DNA of 64,000 nt from Azolla caroliniana (taxonomy: Eukaryota > Plantae > Polypodiophyta). Positions 51,649-64,000 of this stretch are shown here, one piece after another. Made by a program: the position numbers and the translations under genes. The stretch spans positions 12,462,001-12,526,000 of the forward strand of contig JBHGNT010000010.1 in assembly GCA_043228905.1 (NCBI GenBank). The letters run 5' to 3'. The notes beneath the pieces were generated by a model, which saw only the letters and a program-made list of their open reading frames with translations, was not told the origin of the DNA and searched no databases. Every line of letters starts with the position of its first letter. Positions within the stretch are counted from its first letter, which is position 1.

Positions 51649-53961
51649 ACTCGAAACGTGCGGATACAAGTACAGGCATAGGAAAAACTAGATACATTAT
51701 ATGTCATGAGTTAATGTGGCATCGATAAAAACCCGTGAAATTATTAAATCTTAAAAATGTGAGTGTGTTAGAATAATCCTCTATTTCTTGTTGATGCTTG
51801 CGCAATATATAAATATAATTTATTACTAATCAATTATTGCAATATTAAAGCGTGTACAAGATGTGATCTATTGAAGTCTATTTGGTTAGAATACTCGGTT
51901 CCTTGCTTTTTACCTGAGACGCCCGGGTACAACTAGATATATCAGATATCATGAGTTAATGTGGCATCGACAAAAACCCTTGAAATTATTCAATCTTAAA
52001 CGAGGTTTTTCATGAAATTTTACAAAACATTATGTTGTTCGTGACAAAAAGAAGCAGTATATTTACTTGGGGCTATTCCTCAACATCGTTACGACAAATT
52101 AGTACACCAATAATTATAGTTTCGATAACTTGATACAATTTCGAAAAATACGCATACATTGTCAAATAATGGTGTACTCTCGATGAGCAATGCACCATGT
52201 TTCTTTATTTGAAGCAAAGAACTAGAATATTACATTAACAAATTCATTTACTAAATGAATTCCATTGTAGTCTAGTTGGTTCGCATCCTTGTTTTTTACA
52301 CGAGACTCCCGGGTAGAACAATTGGCATTGGAAAAACTAGATACATCATAGATCATGAGTTAATATCGCATCGATAAAAACACTTGAAATTATTAAATCT
52401 TAAAAACGAGAGTGTGTTAGAATAATCCTCAGTTTCTAGTTGATGTTTGCGCACTATATAAATATTATTTATTACTAATCAATCATTGCAATATTAGAAA
52501 GTACACAAGATATGATCCATTGTAGTCTAGTCGGTCGACGCAGATCTTATGTTAATTGTTTGATAACTCAAAAACTGAAGGCCTAAAGTAGATGTTATAA
52601 TAATGTACAATTAACAAAATAATCAATATTATGTTTGAAGGATTGATGACGAGCTTTACTTTAATTTTTTTCTCCTAACATCAATTTCTAAACTTCATCC
52701 CATTATTCAATTAATAGTAGAGGTTTCAAATGAAATTTGACAAAACATTATGTTGTTCGTGACAAGAGGAAGCAGTATATTTAGTCGTGGTTATTTTTCA
52801 ACATGGTTAGGACAAATTAGTACACAGACAATTATTGTTTGGATAATTGGATAGAATTTCCAAAAATACGCATAGATTGTAGAAGAATGATGAACTCTCG
52901 ATCAACATTGCACCATATTTTTTTATTTGAAACAAAGCACTAGAATATTACATTAACTAATTCATTGACTTATGAATTCCATTTTAGTCTGGTTGGCATT
53001 GGCAAAACTAAACACATCCTAGATCATGAGGTAATGTCGCATCGATAAAAACCTTTGAAATTATTAAATCTTAAAAACGAGAGTGTGTTAGAATAATCCT
53101 CAGTTGCTCGTTGATACTTGCGTCATATATAAATATTATTTATTACTAATGTAAATAATGTACAATTAACAAAATAATCATTATTATGTTTGAAGGATTG
53201 ATGACGAACTTTGCTTTCATTTTTTTCTCCTAACATCAATTTCTCCTAAACTTAATCCAATTATTTAATTAATAGTAGAGGTTTCAAATGAAATTTGGCA
53301 AAAGATTATGTTGTTCGGGACCAGAAGAAGCAGTATATTTACTCGTGGTTATTTCTCAACATGGTTACGACAAATTATTACACCGACAATTATAGTTTGG
53401 ATAACTTGATAGAATTTCCAAAAATACGAATAGTTTGTAGAATAATGGTGAACTCTCGAACAACATTGTAGCATATTTCTTTATTTGAAGCAAAGCACTA
53501 GAATATTACATTAACTAATTCATTTACTAAATGAATTCCATTGTAGTCTAGTTGGTTCGGATCCTTGTTTTTCACAGGAGACTCCCGGGTATAACATTAG
53601 GGTTGTTCGGGACAACAAGTAGCGGTAGATTTGGTTGTGGTTAGTCATCAACATTGTTACGATAAATTAGGACACCAACAATTATAGTTTGGATAACTTG
53701 ATACAATTTCAATCAATACGCATAGATTGCAAAATAATGGTCAACTATCTACAAGCATTGCACCATGTTTCTTTCTTTGTAGCACAACACTAGAATAGTT
53801 CATTAAGTAGTTCATTTACTCAATAATGGTCAACTCGTGAAATGATTAAATCTTAAAAACGAGAGTGTGTTAGTATAATCCTCTGTTTCTCATTAATGTT
53901 TGCGCAATATATAAATATTATTTATTTCTAAGCAATGATTGAAAAAGAACACTAACTGTGA

Positions 53962-54034
53962 TCCATTGTAGTCTAGTTGCTTAGGATACTCGGCTCTCAT
54001 CGGAGAGACCCGTGTTCAATTCCCAGCAACGGAA
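53962..54034 (+). pseudogene. tRNA-Glu(CUC)-derived copy
   Basis: Ends CAACGGA; several stem mismatches. Confidence 0.68.
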
Positions 54035-55501
54035 ACGACAATATCGTATATTAAATTTTCTACACATATCATGTGTTAACTGTTTGATAACTCAAAAACT
54101 CAAGACCTAAAGTCGGTGTTACAATAATGTATAATTAACAAAATAATCAATATTATGTTTGAAGGACTGATAAAGAACTTTACTTTGATTTTTTCCTCCT
54201 AATATCAATTTCTAAACTTAATCCCATTATTCGATTAATGGTAGAGGTTTCGAATGAAACTGGACCAAACATTATGTTGTTCGGGACAACAGGAAGCAGT
54301 ATATTTAGTTATGGTTATTCCTCAACATTGTTACGATAAATTAGTAGACCAACAATTATAGTTTGGATAACTTGATACAATTTCAAGCAATACGCATAGA
54401 TTGCAAAATAATGGTCAACGCTTGACAAGTTTTGCACCATGTTTCTTTATTTGTAGCAAAGCACTAAAATAGTACATTAACTAATTTATTTACTAAATGA
54501 ATTCCATTGTAATCCAGTTGTCTCGAATTGTAGATTTTTACTCGAAACGTGCGGGGACAAGTACAGGCATAGGAAAAACTAGATAGATTATATATCATGA
54601 GTTAATGTGGCATCGATAAAAACCCGTGAAATTATTAAATCTTAAAAACGAGAGTTTGTTAGAATAATCCTCTGTTTCTTGTTGATGCTTGTGCAATATA
54701 TAAATATTATTTATTACTGATCAATGATTGCAATATTAAAAACTGTACAAGATGTAATCCATTGAAGTCTAGTTGGTCAGAATACTTGGCTCTCACGCGA
54801 GATACCCGTGTTCAACTCTTGGAAATAGAAAGGATAACTCAAAAACTTAAGACGTAAAGTAGTTACAATAATGTACAATTACCAAAATAATCATTATTAT
54901 GTTGGAAGGATTGATAAAGAACTTTGCTTTGATTTTTTTCTCCGCACATCAATTTCTTAACTTAATACGAATATTCTATTAATAGTAGACGTTTCTAATG
55001 AGCTTTGACAAAAGATTATGTGGTTTGGGACAAGGAGAAGAAGTATATTTAGTCGTGGTTATTCCTTAACATTGTTACGACAAAGTAGTACACCAAGAAT
55101 TATAGTTTGGATAAATTGATACAATTTCCAAAAATACGCATAGATTGTCGAATAATGGTGAATTCTCGATGACCATTGCACCATGTTTCTTGATTTGAAG
55201 TAAAGTACTAAAATATTAGATTACCTAATTCATTTACTAAAAGAATTCCAGTGTAGTCTAGTTGGTTCGTATCCTTGTTTTTTACACGAGACTCCCGAGT
55301 ACAACAATTGGCATTGGAAAAACTAGCTACATCATAGATCATGAGTTAATATCACATCAATAAAAACCATTGAAATTATTAAATCCTAAAAACGAGAGTT
55401 TGTTAGAATAGTCCTCAGTTTCTCGGTGACGCTTGCGCAACATATAAATATTATTTATTACGAATGAATGATTGCAATATTAAAAAGTACACAAGATATG
55501 A

Positions 55502-55574
55502 TACATTATAGTCTAGTTGGTTAGGATACTCGGCTCTCACCCGAGAGACCCGGTTTCAACTCCCGGCAATGGAA
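55502..55574 (+). pseudogene. tRNA-Glu(CUC)-derived copy
   Basis: D and anticodon arms intact; acceptor 5' strand TACATTA, G53 to T. Confidence 0.7.
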
Positions 55575-56274
55575 ACGAAAATAATATATATTAAATTTCT
55601 GACGCATATGTTTTGTTAATTGTTTGATAACCAAAAAACTCAAAACCTAAAGTAGATGTTACAATAATGTACAATTAACAAAATAATCAATATTATGTGT
55701 GAAGGATTGATGACGAACTTTGCTTTGATATTTTTCTCCTAACATCAATTTCTAAACTTAATCCAATTATTCAATTAATAGTAGAGGTTTCAAATGAAAT
55801 TTGACAAAAGATTATGTTGTTCGGGACCATAAGAAGCAGTATATTTAGTCGTCGTTATTTCTCAACATGGTTAAGACAAATTAGTACACCGACAATTATA
55901 GTTTGGATAACTCAATAGAATTTCAAACAATACGCATAGATTGCAGAATAATGGTCAACTGTCGATGAGCATTGCACCATGTTTCTTTATTTATATTAAC
56001 TAATTTATTTACTAAATGAATTCCATTGTAATCAAGTCGAGTATAGATCGTTGATTTATACTCGAAACGAGAGTATGTTAGAATAATCCTTGAAATTATT
56101 CAATCCCTTCAAAAACCCTTGAAATTAGAGTATGAAAAACCCTTGAAATTATTCAATCTTAAAAACGAGAGTGTGGTAGAATAGTCCTCTGTTTCTCGTT
56201 CATGCTTGCGTAAAATATAAATATTATTTATTTCTAATCAATGATTGCAATATTAAAAAGCACACAAAATGTGA

Positions 56275-56347
56275 TCCATTGTAGTCTGGTTGGTTAGGAT
56301 ACTCGGCTCTCACCCGAGAGACACGGGATCAACTCCCGGCAATGGAA
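56275..56347 (+). pseudogene. tRNA-Glu(CUC)-derived copy
   Basis: Acceptor and anticodon arms intact; B box GGATCAA. Confidence 0.7.
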
Positions 56348-56699
56348 ACAACTATATCATATATTAAATTTCCGACGGATATCATCTGTTAACTGTTTGA
56401 TAACTGAAAAACTCAACTTGCCTCGGTACATTAACTAATTCATTAACAAAGGACTAGAATGGTATATTGTAATCAAGTTGTCTCAGATGCTTACTTTTTA
56501 CCTGGGATGCCCTGCTACAAGTAGACATATCATATATCATGAGTTAATGTGCCATCGATAAAAACCCTTGAAATTATTAAATCCTAAAAATGGTAGTGTG
56601 TTAGAATAATCCTCAGTTTTTCATTGATGCTTGCACAATATATAAATATTATTTATTTCTAAGCAATTATAGCAATATTAAAAAACCCACAAGATGTGA

Positions 56700-56772
56700 T
56701 CCATTGTAGTCTAGTTGGTTAGGATGCTCGGCTCTCACCCGAGAGACCCGTGTTCAACTCCCGACAATGGAA
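56700..56772 (+). pseudogene. tRNA-Glu(CUC)-derived copy
   Basis: Acceptor, D and anticodon arms intact; two T-stem mismatches. Confidence 0.7.
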
Positions 56773-58790
56773 TAGACAATATCATATATCGAATTTTGCG
56801 ACGCATGTCATGTGTGTACTGTTTAATAACTCAAAAACTCAAGCCCTAAAGTAGATCTTACAATAATGTACAATTAACGAAATAATTAATATTATGTTTG
56901 AAGGATTGACAAGGAACTTTACTTTAATTGTTTTCTCCTAACATCAATTTCTAAATTTAATCCCGTTATTCGATTAATGGTAGAGGTTTCGAATGAAATT
57001 GGACCAAACATTATGTTGTTCAGGACAACAAGAAGCAGTATATTTAGTTGTGGTTATTCGTCAACATTGTTACGATAAATTAGTACACCAAACATTATAG
57101 TTTGGATAACTCGATACAATTTCAAACAATACGCATAGATTGCAGAATAATGGTCAACTGCTGATGACTATTGCACCATGTTTCTTTATATGTAACAAAG
57201 GACTAGAATGGTACATTAACTAAATTCCATTGTAATTAAATTGCCGCAGATCCTTGCATTTTACCTGTGACGCCCGAGTACAAATAGATATATCATATAT
57301 CATGAGTTAATGTGGCATTGATAAAAACCCTTGAAATTTGTAAATCTTAAAAACGGGAGTGTGTTACAATAATCCTGAGTTTTTTGTTGATGCTTCCACA
57401 AAATATAAATAGTATTTATTTCTAATCAACGATTGTAATATTACAAAGCACACAAAATATGATCCATTGTACTTTAGTTCGTTAGGATACTTAGCTCTCA
57501 CCCGAGAGATCCGGGTTCAACTCCCCGCAATGGAAACGATAATATCATATATTAAATTTTCGACGCATATCATGTGTTAACTGTTTGATAACCTAATAAC
57601 TCGAGAGCTAAAGTAGGTATTACAATAATGTACAATTAACAAAATAATCAATATTATGTTTGAAGGATTGATAAAGAACTTTACTTTGATTTTTTCCTCC
57701 TATCCCATTATTCGATTAATGGTAATGGTTTCGAATGAAACTGGACCAAACATTATGTTGTTCAGGACAACAAGAAGCAGTATATTTAGTTATGGTTATT
57801 CCTCAACATTGTTATGATAAATTAGTAGACCAACAATTATAGTTTGGATAACTTGATACAATTTCAAGCAATACGCATAGATTGCAAAATAATGGTCAAC
57901 TGTCCACAAGCATTGCAGCATGTTTCTTTCTTTGTACCAAAGCACTAGAATAGTACATTAACTAACTCATTTATTCAATCAATTCCATTGTAATCAAGTT
58001 GCCTTGAATCATTGATTTTTACCCAAGCCGCGCGGTTACAAGCACAGGAATAGGAAAAACTAGATACATCATAGATGATGAGTAAATTTCACATCGATAA
58101 AAACCAGTGAATTTATTAAATCTTAAAACCAATAGTGTGTTAGAATAATCCATTGTTTGTTGTTGATGCTTGCACAATATGTAAATATTATTTATTACTA
58201 ATCAATGAATGCAATATTAAAAAGTCTGCAATATGTGATCCATTGAAGTCTAGTCTGTTAGAATACTCGGCTCTCACCTGACAAACCCGGGTTCAACTCT
58301 TGGCAATGAAAATGACAATATCATGTATTAAATTTCCGACGCATATCTTGTGTGAACTGTTTGATTACTCAAAAACTCAAGACCTAAAGTAGATGTTACA
58401 ATAATGTACAATTACCAAAAATACGAATAGATTGTATAATAATGGTGAACTCTCGATCACCATTGCACCATATTTCTTTATTTGAACCAAAGCACTAGAA
58501 TATTACATTAACTAATTAATTTACTAAATAAATTCCATTGTAGTCTAGTTGGTTCGGATCCTTGTTTTTTTACACATAGATTGTAGAATAATGATCAACT
58601 GTCGAGAGACCCAGGTTTAACTCCCACCAATAGAAAAGACAATATGATATATCATATTTTGCGATGCATGTCAAGTGTTAAGTGTTCAATAACTCAAAAA
58701 TTGAAGACCTAACATTATTTTTGTTCGGGATAACAATATGTAGTATATTTAGTTCTGGTTATTCCACAACTTTCTTACGACAAATTAGTA

Positions 58791-60990
58791 GCTTACTATA
58801 GAAAGATGGATATACTCAAGAGCTTCAAAATGTATTTTACTATATACAAAATGGAGAAATACATATCAAGATATGAGAAAATAAAGTTTGAGAAGATAGG
58901 GAAATTAGAATTATCCCACATAGATAGGAAACTTAAGGCCTTGGCTATATAAGCACCTTGAGCTCCCTCATTTTTCATTTTTGCTAAGAGCACTTTGGCC
59001 ACTTTGTCTTGATGGATGATGGTGGCCAAATTCCCTAAAACCGGAAACTTGCCGGTAGGCAAATCCGGAAACCGGCCGGTAAGCAAATCCGGAAAATGGG
59101 TCCAGTAAGCAAATCTGGAAACCGACTAGTATGCAAACCGGAAACCAGCCGGTATGCAAAACCCGAACCGGCTGGTATGCAAAACCCGAACCGGAACCGG
59201 CAAGCAAAACCGGAACCGACTGGTAAGCAAAACCGGAACCGGAACCGGCAAACAAAACCGAAACCGAAACCGACCGGTAAGCAAATTCGGAAACCGGCCG
59301 GTATGCAAAACCGGAACCGGAAATAGATTGGCAAGCAAAACCGGTATCGACCGGTAAGCAAAACCGGAACCGGAACCGGAACCGATTGGCAAGCAAACCG
59401 GAACCATAACCGGAACCGGCCGGCAAGCAAAATGGAACCGGTCGGCGAGGGATTCAGCGATCCGGAAAATGGGTCCGGTAAACAAATCCGGAAAATGGGT
59501 CCGGTAAGCAAATCTAGAAACCAGCTAGTATGCAAACCGGAAATCGGCCGGTATGCAAAACCGGAACCGGAACCGGTAAACCAAAACCGGAACCGGAACC
59601 GGTATGCAAACCTGAACCGGCCGGTAAGCAAATTCGGAAACCAGCCGGTATGCATAACCGGAACCAGAAACCGACTGACAAGCAAAACCGGTATCGACCG
59701 GTAAGCAAAACCGGAACCGGAACCGGTAAGCAAATTCGGAAACCAGTCGGTATGCATAATCGGAACCGGAACCGGTATGCAAACTGGAACCGATTGGCAA
59801 GCAAACCGGAACCGTAACCGGAACCGGCCGGCAAGCAAAATGGAACCGGCTGGCGAGGGATTCAGCGATTCGGAAAATGGGTCTAGTAAGCAAATCTGGA
59901 AACCGGCTAGTATGCAAACCGGAAACCGGCTGGTATGCAAAACCGAAACCGGCAAGCAAAACCGGAACCGGAACCGGAACCGGCCGGCAAGCAAAATGGA
60001 ACCGGCTGGCGAGGGATTCAGCGATTCGGAAAATGGGTCTAGTAAGCAAATCTGGAAACCGGCTAGTATGCAAACCGGAAACCGGCTGGTATGCAAAACC
60101 GAAACCGGCAAGCAAAACCGGAACCGGAACCGGTAAACAAAACCGGAACCGGAACCGATATGCAAACCGGAACCGGCCGGTAAGCAAATTCGGAAACCGG
60201 CCGGTATGCAAAACCGAAACCGGAAACCGACTGGCAAGCAAAACCGGTATCGACCGGCAAGCAAAACCGGAACCGGAACCGGTATGTAAACCGGAACCGA
60301 CCGGCAAGCAAACCGGAACTGTAACTGGAACCGGCCGGCGAGGGATTCAGCGATCGGGCGGAACTGGCAACCGTACGAGGTTGGGCGCAAATTGAACGGA
60401 TAAAAGGATCATGTGGCTATTTAAAGAAAGGTAAAAGAGACTAAAGTAAAGGTCAAGTGGACAGTCGCATGCAACTAAAGAAAAAGCCATGCAACTAAAA
60501 ATAGATTCAACGAAAAGAAAAGCTATGCAACTAAAAGTAGAAGCCATGCAACAAAAAGTGGAGGCATATGATCAACGAGGAACTCCATATATAATTCCAT
60601 TTTATTTCCTATACTCAGAAGCTCTCTCCATATTATCTCGATTATTTTTCTTTTCCTTCTCAACTCCCTTATCTTAGGGAAGCTATCTCTCAAGTAAACC
60701 ATAATTTCCATATAGAAGCAATCTCTCAAAATCGAAAATTCCTTGTCAAAGCCATATCACTCAAGAATCATAATCTCTTATTTCCTCTGATCTATTATTC
60801 TAATCATCTCCATCAGATAAAACTTTTGTAATCCCAATCTTGAGATTGATTGTAATCTTTCTTTCCCTTTATTAATGAAATTTGTGAATCTTTATCATTT
60901 TGTATTAATTGTTTAATATAATCATACGAATCTGATATCTTCCGGTCGAAGGCCCCGGGGTCCTGCCTCAAGTTCGCGTATCCTCGTCGA
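58791..60990. mobile_element. unclassified 2.2 kb non-array insert, probably TE-derived
   Basis: Sharp junctions with the array, no TSD, part of a monomer missing; CTATATAAG near 58945; no recognisable coding domain. Confidence 0.5.
59038..60340. repeat. GC-rich complex minisatellite built from AACCGG and GG(T/C)A(A/T)GCAAA units
   Basis: Dozens of AACCGG units, strong T depletion on + strand, nested 156-bp direct repeat (59877 and 60033). Confidence 0.9.
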
Positions 60991-61184
60991 ACGCCCGGGT
61001 ACAAGTAGATATATCCTATATCATGAGTTAATATGGCATTGATAAAAACCCTTGAAATTATTAAATCTTACAAAAAGAGATTGTGTTAGAATAATCGTCA
61101 GTTTTTTGTTGATGCTTGCGCAATATATAAATATTATTTATTTCTCATCAATGATAGCAAGATTAAAAAGCACACAAGATGTGA

Positions 61185-61257
61185 TCCACGATAGTCTAGT
61201 TGGTTAGGATACTCGGCCCTCACTTGAGAGACCCGGGTTCAACTCCCGGGAATGGAA
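61185..61257 (+). pseudogene. tRNA-Glu(CUC)-derived copy (TCCACGA subtype)
   Basis: T arm perfect; U33 to C and acceptor mismatches; subtype shared with 36818 and 42622. Confidence 0.7.
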
Positions 61258-62311
61258 ACGACAATATCATATATTAATTTTTCGACGCATATCAGGTGTT
61301 AACTGTTTGATAACTCAAAAACTCAAGTCCTAAATTAGGTATTACAATAATGTACAATTAACAAAACAATCAACTTTATGTTTCAACGATTGATGACGAG
61401 CTTTAATCTGATTTTGTTCTCCTAACATCAATTTCTAAACTTAATTCCATTATTCGATTAATGGTAGAGGTTTCAAAAGAAATTGGACAAAACATTATGT
61501 TGTTCGGGACAACAACAAGAAAAAAATATTATATGGTTATTCCTCAACATTATTACGATAAATTAGTACACCAACAATTATAGTTTAGATAACTTGATAC
61601 AATTTCAAACAATACGCATAGATTGCAGAATAACTGTTTGATAACTCAAAAACTCAAGACCTAAAGTAGATGTTACAATAATGTACAATTAATAAAATAA
61701 TCAATATTATGTTTGAAGGATTGATGACAAACATTGCTTTCCTTTTTTTCTCCTCACATCCATTTCTAAACTTAATCCCATTATTCAATTAATACTCGAG
61801 GTTTCAAATGAAATTTGACAAAATATTATGTTGTTCAGGACAAGAAGAAGCAATATATTTAGTCGTGGTTATTTCTCAACATGGTTACGACAAATTAGTA
61901 CACCGACAATTATAGTTTGGATAACTTGATAGAATTTCCAAAAATACGCATAGATTGTAGAATAATGGTGAACTCTCAATCAACATTGCACCATATTTCT
62001 TTATTTAAACCAAACCACTAGAATATTACATTAACTAACTCATTTACTAAATGAATTCCATTGTAGTCTAGTTGGTTCAGATCCATTATTTTTACCCGAG
62101 ACTCCTGGGTACAGCAATTGGCATGGGAGAAACTAGATACATCATAGATCTGGTGTTAATATCGCATCAATGGAAACCCTTGAAATTATTAAATCTTATA
62201 ACCGAGAGTGTGTTAGAATAATCCTCTGTTTCTCGTTGATGCTTGCGCAATATATAAATATTATTTATTACTAATCAATGATTGCAATATTGAAAAGTAT
62301 ACAAGATATAA

Positions 62312-62384
62312 TCCATTCTAGTCTAGTTGGTTAGGATACTAGGCTCTCACTCGAGAGACCCGGGTTCAACACCCGACAATGGAA
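62312..62384 (+). pseudogene. tRNA-Glu(CUC)-derived copy
   Basis: A and B boxes intact; several stem mismatches. Confidence 0.7.
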
Positions 62385-64000
62385 ACGACAATATCATATA
62401 TTAAAATTCCGACGCATATCATGTTTTAATTGTTTGATAACTCAAAAACTCAAGATTATGTTTGAAGCATTGATGACAAACTTTCCTCGATCAAGATTGC
62501 AAAAATACGCATAGATTGTAGAGTAATAGTGAATTCTCGATCAACATTGCAACATATTTCTTTATTTGAAGCAAAGCACTAGAATATTACATTTAGTAAT
62601 TCATTTACTAAAGTAATTTCATTTTAGTCTCCTTGGTTGGGATCCTTGTTTTTTACATGAGACTCCCGGGTACAACAATAGGCATTGGAAAACTAGAGTT
62701 GTGGTTATGGTTGTGGTTATTTGGTTGTGGTTATTCGTCAACATTGGTACGACAAATTAGTACACCAGCAATTACAGTTTGGATAACTCTATACAATTTC
62801 AAACAATACGCATAGAATACAAAATAATGTTCAACTGTCGACAAGCATTGCACCATGTTTCTCTATTTGTAGCGAAGCACTAGAATAGTACATTGACTAA
62901 TTTATTTTCTAAATGAAGTCCATTGTAATCATGTTGCTTGGAATCGTTAATTTCTACTCGAAACGTGCAGGGACAAGTACAGGCACACGAAAAACTAAAT
63001 ACATTATATATCATGAGTTAATGTGGCATAGATAAAAACCCGTGAAATTAATAAATCTTAAAAACGAGAGTGTGTTAGAATAATCCTTTGTTTCTTGTTG
63101 ATGCTTGCGGAACATAGAAATAATATTTATTACTAATCAATGATTACAATATTTAAAAGTGCACAGGATGTGATACAATGTAGTGTAGTTAGTTAGGATA
63201 CTCGGCTCTCACCCGAGAAACTCGGGTTTAATTCCCGGAAATGGAAACGACAATATCATATATTAAACTTCCGAGGCATATCATGTGTTAATTGTTTGAT
63301 AACTCAAAAACTCAAGACCTAAAGTAGGCATTACAAAAATGTTTTACACCAGACTCCCGGGTAGAACAATTAGCATAGGAAAAACTCGATACATCATAGA
63401 TCATGAGTTAATATGACATCGATAAAAATCGTTGAAATTATTAAATCTTAAAAACCAGAGTGTGTTAGAATAATCCTCAGTTTCTAGTTGATGCTTGCAC
63501 ACTATATAAATATTGTTTATTACTAATCAATTATTGTAATATTAGAAAGTATATGATCCATTGTAGTCAAGTCGGTTAGGATACTCGGCTTTCACCCGAG
63601 AGACCCGGGTTCAACTCCCCCTGCAATCGAAACGACAACATCATATATTAAATTTCCAACGAGATACTATGTTAACTGTTTGATAACTCAAAAACTCTAG
63701 GCCTAAAATAGATGTTACAATTAACAAAATAATCAATATTATGTTTGAAGGATTGATGACGAACTTTACTTTGATTTTTTTCTCCTAACATGAATTTCTA
63801 AACTTACTCCCATTCTTTGATTAATGGTAAATGTTTCAAATGAAATTGGACAAAACATAATGTTGTTCGAGACAACAAAAAGATGTATATTTGGTTGTGG
63901 TTGTTCGTCAACATTGGTAGGGCAAATTAGTACATCAACAATTATAGTTTGGATAACCCGTATTAATCTCCTGGCAATAGAAAGGACAATATCATATATA

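Larger units (their letters stand above)
51649..58790 (+). repeat. tRNA-Glu-containing tandem array, segment 2
   Basis: Same monomer resumes mid module B; A-to-A spacing 796 (53962-54758). Confidence 0.95.
60991..64000 (+). repeat. tRNA-Glu-containing tandem array, segment 3 (continues beyond window)
   Basis: Resumes at ACGCCCGGGTACAAG of module B. Confidence 0.95.

Noticed and set aside
50948-51697. 249 aa ORF as a complete gene
   Set aside because: Its first ~16 codons come from array sequence fused to a truncated LINE RT
58968-60395. Long ORFs up to 451 aa (RFRFRF, PVPVPV, GSGSG)
   Set aside because: Open in nearly all six frames because AACCGG repeats lack stop codons; no domain evidence
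23247-62815. Short 60-100 aa ORFs in the array (e.g. MVEVSNEIGQNI..., MIYDVFSFSHANCC...)
   Set aside because: Chance open frames in repeated spacer/tRNA sequence; stops and frames differ among monomers
17218-64000. CRISPR-like reading of the array (conserved repeat plus spacers)
   Set aside because: Spacers are themselves repeated and homologous, the unit is ~790 bp, the context is eukaryotic and there are no cas genes
17218-64000. Tandem SINE insertions as the origin of the tRNA-like copies
   Set aside because: Module A spans the whole tRNA including the 3' acceptor strand, with no poly-A tails or per-copy TSDs; amplification was of DNA blocks

Overview
Land-plant nuclear DNA; a non-seed plant is suggested only by the Tcn1-type element. 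The window has two parts. (1) 1-17.2 kb: the last four exons of a DDX3/DED1-type DEAD-box RNA helicase gene (+), probably decaying. Upstream of them, likely in an intron, lies a three-deep nest of minus-strand LTR retrotransposons: an old gypsy, a copia inside it, and a young Tcn1/Tf1-like gypsy showing a self-priming PBS and a -1 frameshift pseudoknot. A full-length degenerate copia with TSD sits in the next intron, and more copia/LTR debris follows the gene. (2) 17.2-64 kb, running off the window: a ~47 kb tandem array with a ~790 bp monomer. Each monomer carries two head-to-tail tRNA-Glu-derived modules: A, whose consensus is a fully pairing 73-nt tRNA-Glu(CUC), and B, a diverged copy with a T-run in the anticodon loop. 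A manual count gives roughly 50-60 full or partial A modules, none seen matching the consensus exactly. The array shows multi-kb block duplications and is interrupted by a 5'-truncated L1/Tx1-like LINE and a 2.2 kb insert with an (AACCGG)-based minisatellite. All coordinates and counts were read by eye.
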